From assembly GCA_017651505.1 (NCBI GenBank), contig JAGCCV010000022.1:1-55675 (forward strand): DNA of 55,675 nucleotides, given 5' to 3'. How positions within the stretch are numbered: position 1 is the first letter of the stretch; each line of letters starts with the position of its first letter. A model generated the notes under the pieces. It had not been told where the DNA came from. It saw nothing but the letters and a program-made list of their open reading frames with translations, and did not search any database. Both the position numbers and the translations under genes were made by a program. This stretch comes from Bacteroidaceae bacterium (lineage in GTDB: Bacteria; Bacteroidota; Bacteroidia; Bacteroidales; Bacteroidaceae). Below are positions 48,642 through 55,675 of this stretch, in pieces.

Positions 48642-50072
48642 TCAACTTTTCTTCTTCACTCCCTTTCGCTGGATAGGTGTCCAGATTGCTGTGGTCTTCA
48701 ATATAAACTGCCAATAACCATAGTTCGAACAATAGGTTATGAACGGATGATATACGAAAGGCTCTATTATTGCGGCAAACAGCAAGGTGAGATATGCTTT
48801 TGGTTTGCTATGCCAATCAACAGCGTTAGCTACCACATCGAACAATATGACAAACAAAGTCAGCATGATGGAAAATAAATATATCATCATAAAGATAATG
48901 GCAGTAGTTTCCCAATTGACACCACCTTTAAGGATTAGCCAAATCATAAAAAGAAAACCACAACCTTCAAATAGTGGGGCGAGGAACTCTGTTATGAATA
49001 TGTACGGCAACAATACTGTGCCAAAAAAGCCATAGTGAGAATTTGCAAATAGTTTGCGGTGGTGTGAAATAATCTCAAACAAACCACGCGCCCAGCGAAT
49101 ACGTTGGCGGTACAACTGCTTCAAAGTGTTAGGTCCTTCTGTCCAGCAACACACCTTGGGCACCTGTGCTACACGGAATGATTTTCCACTGTTGCACATA
49201 TAGGTAACCATTCGGAGCAGCATATCCACATCCTCTGCCATACTGGTTTGGTCGTAGCCTCCTGATTTAACAACTACATCTGTGTCAAACAAACCGAAAC
49301 CTCCGGAAATATTGGGCAAAGCGTTGAAATTTGACCAACCCAATTTACCAATGAGGAAAGAGCGCAGGTATTCCAACTGCTGGAACATTGGGAAGAAACG
49401 GGTAGGTACCCTTGCCTCTGACACGCGTCCGTTATCCACGGTACAGTTGTTGCTCATCAGCATGGTAGCACTTACACCTATCATAGGGTCGTGACTGTTG
49501 ACCACCAACCACATCATGCGGTATAGTGCCATTGGGTCGATGATACAGTCAACATCGGTACATACGAAATACTTATTCGCACATACGTTAATGCCAGCAT
49601 TAGACCCATCTGCCTTTCTGCCACCATGTTCCTTATCAACCACTACCAGTTTACTATAACGGGGGTCGGTTGATTTTAATACGCGTTTAATTGGTTTAGA
49701 GGGTACTTTCATGGCAACGTCATAGGGTACCTCCACTAACTTGTACTCATTGATGAGTAATTCCATTGTACGGTCGGTACTGGCATCATTCACAATGATA
49801 ATCTCAAAATTGGGATAGTCTATGTGCATCAACGAATTAACATTGTCAATGATGGTTACTTCCTCGTTGAAAGCAGGTGCGATAATAGACACTCCTGGAG
49901 TGAGTGGAGATGATCTCATCAGGTACTTGATAGTCTCGTCATCAGGCAAATCTACCTTCAGTCGATTTTGAGCCCTGTAGCTCTGAAAAACCAACATCAG
50001 GTAGCTAAAGAGGATGATTATCGAGTAGCCGAATACCATCACCGAGAATATGTTATAGATGGTTACCCACAT
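48642..50072 (-). CDS. processive membrane GT2 glycosyltransferase (PgaC/IcaA-like)
   Basis: APAFNEE, VNDASTD, GRKAD, DVD, QLEY, SGGFGLF, MAED, QRIRW (QxxRW); one N-terminal and 2-3 C-terminal TM helices. Confidence 0.92.
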   Translation of the reverse strand: MWVTIYNIFSVMVFGYSIIILFSYLMLVFQSYRAQNRLKVDLPDDETIKYLMRSSPLTPGVSIIAPAFNEEVTIIDNVNSLMHIDYPNFEIIIVNDASTDRTMELLINEYKLVEVPYDVAMKVPSKPIKRVLKSTDPRYSKLVVVDKEHGGRKADGSNAGINVCANKYFVCTDVDCIIDPMALYRMMWLVVNSHDPMIGVSATMLMSNNCTVDNGRVSEARVPTRFFPMFQQLEYLRSFLIGKLGWSNFNALPNISGGFGLFDTDVVVKSGGYDQTSMAEDVDMLLRMVTYMCNSGKSFRVAQVPKVCCWTEGPNTLKQLYRQRIRWARGLFEIISHHRKLFANSHYGFFGTVLLPYIFITEFLAPLFEGCGFLFMIWLILKGGVNWETTAIIFMMIYLFSIMLTLFVILFDVVANAVDWHSKPKAYLTLLFAAIIEPFVYHPFITYCSNYGYWQFILKTTAIWTPIQRKGVKKKS

Positions 50073-50075
50073 AAT

Positions 50076-51356
50076 TTATAAAAAAGACGTTTCTATAGTT
50101 TGATGATAAATCTGCAACTCATCGAGCGGAATCTTTTGTAAAGTAATTGGGTTGTGGAAGAAGGCAAAGAATTTCTTGTCCTTTTCTTCTGCATTCTGTT
50201 CCAATTCTTTCAACTTTTGCCTGCCTTCACTTCCGTAGTTATACAGACATCGCAAAGCCTCAAAACGTACATGAGGATTACTGGAATTCTCGTATGAATA
50301 AGTAAACATTTTCATGTTTTTCCCAGAACGCAAACGTGCGATAGCATGCATAATAGCTACTTTTGTATCGTCACCCTGCAAACTGAATGCTTCTGCCATA
50401 GCGTTTTCACTGTCTTTGTACTGCAGATATCCCCATGTGCGACATATTTCTTCCACCAGTTTCTTATGATGGGTTTCATTGAATAAAGGAAATAGTTGAG
50501 AACAGAATTCTCTTTGCTCAAAACGGCGCATCATTCGTACCAACATACATTTTATTTCCGGACTGTTAAAACGAGTAGTCCATAATGCCAAATTAGGCAG
50601 TTGCATGCCATTTTTCTTTCGACGCTGCAACTCATAGCCTATCATGATTTCATCGTAAATGCAATTGTTTTTTTCGTAAAAGTCGGTCTCAAACACATCA
50701 AGGTCAGTTCCTGAACCTGATCGCACCGTTGAATACATAGCTAATCGATGAATGCGTTTACTCTTGTTCTCTAAAAGTTTGTTGATAACCCACGGGCTGA
50801 TATAGAGCTTGAAAGTACGGAGCATACTGATGGCACTAACTTTGTTCCAGTTATTACCATAATTTACATCGTCTTCTAAAAATTTCTGAATAACAAAAAG
50901 ATCCATCAGTTGGTGGAGGTTTTTGTTCCTTCCTTCTCTCATGTGGTCGTGAATAATTAGGTCATAGACAATTCGACAGAACACTTGTTTCTCTAAATAG
51001 TTGTTAAGTAACCTCTTGCCAATTACTTGCCTTTGATCTAACCCCAAAATATTGATAATGTCGTTTTGGGAAAGGTTATCACTGATGTCACTATCCCACA
51101 GGATGCGTTTAACACCTTCTCCGTATTTTTCATAGATATTATTCCTGGAATCCTTTCTGCGTTTTTTAAGAAGGGACTGTCTTCCTATCTCACAAATAAC
51201 AACAATAATCATTATTATCCAAATAAATCCCAGAATTGCAGATATCCTTACAGCAAATGGATAATCGCTGAATGCGTTGTAAAGATTCAGCAAATAGTAG
51301 GTGCCATATGCCCACATCAATTTTAAATAATATGTCAGTAAAGATATTGTATCCAT
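50076..51356 (-). CDS. membrane-anchored HEAT-repeat protein
   Basis: N-terminal TM followed by a basic stretch; helical repeats LVEEICRTWGYL, TKVAIMHAIARL, VRFEALRCLYNYG. Confidence 0.72.
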   Translation of the reverse strand: MDTISLLTYYLKLMWAYGTYYLLNLYNAFSDYPFAVRISAILGFIWIIMIIVVICEIGRQSLLKKRRKDSRNNIYEKYGEGVKRILWDSDISDNLSQNDIINILGLDQRQVIGKRLLNNYLEKQVFCRIVYDLIIHDHMREGRNKNLHQLMDLFVIQKFLEDDVNYGNNWNKVSAISMLRTFKLYISPWVINKLLENKSKRIHRLAMYSTVRSGSGTDLDVFETDFYEKNNCIYDEIMIGYELQRRKKNGMQLPNLALWTTRFNSPEIKCMLVRMMRRFEQREFCSQLFPLFNETHHKKLVEEICRTWGYLQYKDSENAMAEAFSLQGDDTKVAIMHAIARLRSGKNMKMFTYSYENSSNPHVRFEALRCLYNYGSEGRQKLKELEQNAEEKDKKFFAFFHNPITLQKIPLDELQIYHQTIETSFL

Positions 51357-51389
51357 CCAGGTGCCATATCAGTTTTTTCCCTACAATTG

Positions 51390-51529
51390 CAAATGTATGT
51401 ATTTTTTTTTACAAATGACATAAAATGTCTTTTTTTTATTTTTTTCTCTTTTTCCCCATGAGAGATTTAGGTTACAAACAAATATTTTACGGCTTGTGTG
51501 TCAATATTCGAATATAATGATTAACTTTG
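51390..51529. promoter_or_regulatory. divergent promoter region between the GT2 operon and the lipid head-group operon
   Basis: TACATTTG on minus (51390-51397), TAACTTTG on plus (51522-51529), palindrome atattcgaatat (51504-51515). Confidence 0.55.
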
Positions 51530-51556
51530 CACGAAATATTGCTTTACTTAATTATT

Positions 51557-52285
51557 ATGATTGGTGTTATTCTTGCCGCTGGAATGGCGAAACGGTTGCG
51601 TCCACTAACAGACGAGTGCCCTAAGTGTTTGCTGAAAGTTGGACAGCGTACTCTTTTGCAGCGTACGGTAGATGCTGTTGTCGAAGCTGGTATTAATGAA
51701 CTGGTAGTGGTTACTGGCTATAGGAATAACATGATAATTGACTTTTTGAGAACTAATTATCCATCACTGATAGTGCATTTTATAGATAATCCAGATTATG
51801 CCCACAATAACAATATCTTTTCTTTATGGTTGACGAGACCTTATACTGAAGGGAAGGATTTTTTGCTGCTTGATAGCGACATCCTTTTTGATTCAGCTAT
51901 AATACCTGCTGTTATAGAAAAGAATGGGAGTGTGTTGGCACTGAGCCGTCATGAACTGGGTGAAGAGGAAATAAAAGTAATTGTGGATGGCGAGGGGTAT
52001 GTGAAGGAAATCAGTAAAGTATGCTCTATCCAAGATGCCATAGGCGAAAGTGTTGGCATAGAGAAAATAACCGCTGATTATAGTAAGTCACTTTTTCAGG
52101 AATTGAAACACATGATTGTAGATGAAGGACTTATTGACGTTTTTTATGAGAAGGCTTTCGAACGTTTGATCCCACAAGGACATACTTTCAAGATTGTAGA
52201 TACAACTGACTACTTTTCGATAGAGCTTGATACTGTAGAAGATTTTGAGAATGCTAAGAAGCTGATACCAGCTAACCTATATTGA
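51557..52285 (+). CDS. LicC/PntC-like cytidylyltransferase (NTP transferase)
   Basis: ILAAGMAKRL.PLT...PKCLL, VTGY, NPDY...NNIFSL, DSDILF, GESVGI, IELDTVED; start moved to ATG 51557. Confidence 0.88.
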   Translation: MIGVILAAGMAKRLRPLTDECPKCLLKVGQRTLLQRTVDAVVEAGINELVVVTGYRNNMIIDFLRTNYPSLIVHFIDNPDYAHNNNIFSLWLTRPYTEGKDFLLLDSDILFDSAIIPAVIEKNGSVLALSRHELGEEEIKVIVDGEGYVKEISKVCSIQDAIGESVGIEKITADYSKSLFQELKHMIVDEGLIDVFYEKAFERLIPQGHTFKIVDTTDYFSIELDTVEDFENAKKLIPANLY

Positions 52286-52301
52286 TTTAAACTATATTGA
52301 A

Positions 52302-53348
52302 ATGAATTTTTTAGATAGAAATGAATTCAACTTCGAACCGAGCCAAAAAGTGGTAGAGGCTATTAAGAATTTCGACCCTAAAACATTATGCTTTTACACT
52401 CGCATATATGACCAAGGTAAGAAAAGTGTTATCTCTGTTCGACTGAGTGAAATCTATAATGTGCCAGAGGAGCAGGTCTTGCTAACTTATGGTGGCGAGG
52501 ATATGCTGAAAAATGCCATTCATTATTTTCTGATGGTAGGAGATAATAAGACCATCTTAATACCAGAGTTTTCTTGGTGGTATTATAATCGTGTAGCCAG
52601 CGAATGTGGTGGTGACTTTGTGATGTATCCGTTACATGAAATTGAAGATACTTTCTCTTACGATGTTGATGAAGTGATTGAATACACCAACAGGGTGCAT
52701 CCACGTATGTTGCTCTTGGCTTCTCCTAACAATCCTACTGGCAATGGTCTTATGCCTGATGAAATAGGCCGTATCATGGAGAATATCCCAAGCGATACAA
52801 TGGTACTCATTGATGAGGCTTATGCGAGCTTTATTTCAACAGATACCAACTATATCGCTCCATTGGTGAACAATTATAGTAACCTGATTATTTCAAGGAC
52901 ACTGTCAAAATTCTATGGCTTGCCTGGGTTGCGAGTGGGTTTTGGATTCATCGGAAAAGGACATGACCAGTTTATCAGTTATGTCAACAAGTATTTGGGG
53001 TATAACAGATTCTCGGAGGCTGTGGCATTGGCTGCTTTGGATAGTGATGAACATTACCGTAAGGTGGCAGATGATATGGAATGGGGACGTCAGCTGTATA
53101 AACGAGAGCTTGATAACCTGCCAGGTTTCAAGGTGTATAAGTCTGTTGCTAATTTTATCTTAATCAAGTATCCCGTAGAGATAAAAGAAGAACTGAAAAA
53201 GGCATTAGATATTCAAGACTATAAAATTAAGTTCATGGCAGATAAAGGTTTGGAGTCATGCCTGCGAATAACTTTAGGACGAAGGGAACAAACACAGGTG
53301 GTGTGTGATACTATTAAACAAGTGTTCTTTAATAGTTGTAATAAATGA
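52302..53348 (+). CDS. HisC/CobD-like class I/II PLP enzyme (aminotransferase or phospho-amino-acid decarboxylase)
   Basis: LDRNE, ASPNNPTG, IDEAY, SRTLSKFYGLPGLRVG (PLP Lys), ANFILI, LRITLG. Confidence 0.85.
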   Translation: MNFLDRNEFNFEPSQKVVEAIKNFDPKTLCFYTRIYDQGKKSVISVRLSEIYNVPEEQVLLTYGGEDMLKNAIHYFLMVGDNKTILIPEFSWWYYNRVASECGGDFVMYPLHEIEDTFSYDVDEVIEYTNRVHPRMLLLASPNNPTGNGLMPDEIGRIMENIPSDTMVLIDEAYASFISTDTNYIAPLVNNYSNLIISRTLSKFYGLPGLRVGFGFIGKGHDQFISYVNKYLGYNRFSEAVALAALDSDEHYRKVADDMEWGRQLYKRELDNLPGFKVYKSVANFILIKYPVEIKEELKKALDIQDYKIKFMADKGLESCLRITLGRREQTQVVCDTIKQVFFNSCNK

Positions 53349-54343
53349 TTGAAAATAATAAAGAGAAAGAAGGTTATTTGGCCTCTCTAAAATCAGCAGA
53401 GACAGAGGATTGGCTGGACTTTCATGTAGTCCGTCCATTCTGTTATCATTTAGCACGTTTTTTTTCTAAATTTGGCATTCATCCCAATACTGTTACTATT
53501 TGGTCTATTATTATCGGAGCGGGAAGTTGTGTTTTCTTTGCGCATGGTAGCTTTTATTATGAAGGAGTCTGGGGGCTTGTCTTTAACCTGATAGCTATAT
53601 TTTTGCTTTGTTGGGCCGACATTTTTGATTGTACTGATGGCCAATTGGCGCGCCTTACTGGACAAAAAAGCCGTTTAGGCCGCATCCTGGATGGTGTTGC
53701 GGGGTTCGTGTGGTTTATTTTTATTTATGTTGCGATTGCTTATCGTTTTTATCTGTATCACGATTTGGAATTTGGATGGTTGGGTATCGATAACACTTTT
53801 GAAAATACTATTATAGCTACTTCTATAGTTATTCTTTTGGCACTGATATCTGGCTTCGGTTGCATGGGTTCTCAATCTCGTCTGGCCGATTATTATATTC
53901 AAGTACATTTGTTCTTTCTCAAAGGGGAAAAAGGTAGCGAACTTGATAATTCAATAAAACAACAAGAAATCTATGACCAGACCCCTTGGAAAGGAAATTT
54001 TATTTGGAAGGCTTTCTTGAATTCGTATGTTGGCTATACACGAAAGCAAGAGAAAGTTACTCCACAGTTTCAGCGTATGATGTTACTCATGAAAGAAAAG
54101 TATGGTGGCATTGAGCAAGTACCAGCTTCTATACGTCAAGAGTTTCATGACCAGTCATTGGCTTTGATGAAGTGGAATGGACTACTCACTTTCAATTTCC
54201 GTTCTTCTATTTTCTTCTTGACATGTTTGTTGGATGTACCCGTCCTGAATTTTTTGTTCGAGATTATAGCGATGTCTTTACTTGCATGGTATATTAATCA
54301 TCGCCATGAAACGTTTAGCAAACGAATAGCGCAAACAATGTAA
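53345..54343 (+). CDS. CDP-alcohol phosphotransferase
   Basis: HPNTVT, DIFDCTDGQLARLTGQKSRLGRILDGVA signature; multiple TM helices. Confidence 0.93.
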   Translation: MIENNKEKEGYLASLKSAETEDWLDFHVVRPFCYHLARFFSKFGIHPNTVTIWSIIIGAGSCVFFAHGSFYYEGVWGLVFNLIAIFLLCWADIFDCTDGQLARLTGQKSRLGRILDGVAGFVWFIFIYVAIAYRFYLYHDLEFGWLGIDNTFENTIIATSIVILLALISGFGCMGSQSRLADYYIQVHLFFLKGEKGSELDNSIKQQEIYDQTPWKGNFIWKAFLNSYVGYTRKQEKVTPQFQRMMLLMKEKYGGIEQVPASIRQEFHDQSLALMKWNGLLTFNFRSSIFFLTCLLDVPVLNFLFEIIAMSLLAWYINHRHETFSKRIAQTM

Positions 54344-54344
54344 T

Positions 54345-55382
54345 ATGAAGTGGACAAGGAAAAAACTGAATAACCTGTTTTTTATCGTAGGTTTGGCAGC
54401 TGTGATAGTCATGATGCTGACTTTTGATGTCAGTTTTATTGAACTATGGGAGCATGTGACCAAGGCGGGCTATTGGTTAATTCCTATTGTTGGCGTTTGG
54501 GTAATTATTTATGGGTTGAATGCAATTGCTTGGCGTTGTATCATAATAAGCAATAAACATGAAGATGAAACGGTGGGGTTCTGGCGAATATATCAATTGA
54601 CCATCGTTGGCTATGCGCTGAATTATGCAACTCCTGTCGGTGGTTTGGGCGGTGAACCTTATCGCATTATGGAACTTTCGAAGCATATAAACAAAGAGAG
54701 TGCTACTTCATCTGTGATTTTGTATGCAATGATGCATTTTTTTGCTCATTTCTTCCTTTGGTTCTCTTCAATATTTATCTATTTGGCTCTTGCCGCAGCG
54801 GGCGACTTGCCGTATTCTATGCCTGTGGGTATAATACTTGGTTTGATTGCTGTGTTCTGTATGGTGGCGTTTTATATTTTGGGGAAAGGCTACCAGAAAG
54901 GGTTGGTTGTAAAATTGATAAGAGGGATAGGTAAAATCCCTGGATTAAAAAACTGGAGTAACCGCTTCATTCATAAAAATGATGAATTATTGCATAATAT
55001 TGACGCGCAAATAATTTCCCTTCATCATCGTGATAAACGTGCGTTTTACACGAGCCTTTCTTTGGAGTACATCTCACGCATTGTGCAAAGTTTGGAAATT
55101 TTCTTTATGTTGCTGCTCTTTGGAGTAGATTGTGGAGGGGGCTTTTCGGGCTTAGCGTTAACTTTCTTGCATTCTATATTGATTCTTTCTTTTACTACTC
55201 TTTTTGCCAATATGATAGGTTTCCTGCCCATGCAGCTGGGTGTGCAAGAAGGTGGTTTCGTTCTTTCTATTGCTGCTATGGGCCTGTCTGCGGCGCTGGG
55301 TATTTTTGTAAGTATTATCTGTAGAGTAAGAGAGATTCTCTGGATTTTAATCGGTTTGCTTTTGATGAGAATCGAAAGATAG
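54345..55382 (+). CDS. UPF0104 / lysylphosphatidylglycerol-synthase-TM (flippase-like) membrane protein
   Basis: AW, GYALNYATP..GLGGEPYR, P.QLGVQEGG, R.REILW; about 8 TM helices. Confidence 0.85.
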   Translation: MKWTRKKLNNLFFIVGLAAVIVMMLTFDVSFIELWEHVTKAGYWLIPIVGVWVIIYGLNAIAWRCIIISNKHEDETVGFWRIYQLTIVGYALNYATPVGGLGGEPYRIMELSKHINKESATSSVILYAMMHFFAHFFLWFSSIFIYLALAAAGDLPYSMPVGIILGLIAVFCMVAFYILGKGYQKGLVVKLIRGIGKIPGLKNWSNRFIHKNDELLHNIDAQIISLHHRDKRAFYTSLSLEYISRIVQSLEIFFMLLLFGVDCGGGFSGLALTFLHSILILSFTTLFANMIGFLPMQLGVQEGGFVLSIAAMGLSAALGIFVSIICRVREILWILIGLLLMRIER

Positions 55383-55456
55383 TCCCGTTTACACCTATAT
55401 TTATATTTGTAATTATTATGGTAGGTGTATTTTTTTTTAAATTCTTCATAAAATAT

Positions 55457-55675
55457 TTTGTGTTATCGTAAATTGTTTCTACCTTTGCATCCGCTTTCCG
55501 AAAGTGAGGCGTGATAAGAGTTCTATGAAAGATTGATGGACAGAGGACAGGCAGCGTCCGGTGATGTTATTTTTTAGCTTTTCACCGGAGGTCTGATATA
55601 AGGTGTAATATACATGAACGACCGTCAAAGGTTTTTTTACCTTTCACAAATAACGGACAGTCCTGACAGGCAATA
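55457..55675 (+). promoter_or_regulatory. probable rRNA operon promoter and 5' leader (16S gene not in window)
   Basis: TTTG (55457-60) and TACCTTTG (55480-87) followed by catccgctt; boxA-like gagttctatgaaagatt (55518-34); hairpins ccggtga/tcaccgg and aaaggt/accttt; no ORF; sequence ends here. Confidence 0.65.

Noticed and set aside
51299-51369. 11-bp direct repeat aggtgccatat, 60 bp apart, around the HEAT gene start
   Set aside because: One copy lies in coding sequence and there is no other sign of an insertion; compatible with chance
52302-53348. Calling this gene hisC or cobD outright
   Set aside because: Fold motifs fit both, but the context is a lipid-type operon with no his or cob genes, so no symbol was assigned

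Overview
Chromosomal segment of a Bacteroidales bacterium (Prevotella/Bacteroidaceae-like: TAnnTTTG -7 promoters, fused LpxC-FabZ, typical gene neighbourhoods). About 52 protein-coding genes; no tRNA, CRISPR array, transposase or phage gene seen. The right end looks like an rRNA operon promoter/leader cut off before 16S. Core genes: pheS, ruvC, pulA, nnr, truA, miaA-lpxA-lpxC/fabZ-lpxD-pyrF-prfA-purM, lemA, aroE-purC-phoH, pgeF. Most interesting parts: (1) a five-gene putative synthase-dependent exopolysaccharide export operon (HEAT membrane protein, PgaC/IcaA-like GT2, TPR/beta-barrel porin, DUF4838-like protein, DUF1573-like lipoprotein); (2) divergent from it, a four-gene putative CDP-aminoalcohol lipid head-group pathway; (3) a BlaI/BlaR1 operon with three TonB C-terminal domains, a half-receiver OmpR-type regulator and a possible unannotated small ORF; (4) a 102-aa protein whose motifs resemble the eukaryotic phosphohistidine phosphatase PHPT1 (Janus/Ocnus); (5) short palindromic elements ending in promoters. 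All family assignments are by eye from motifs; no searches were run.
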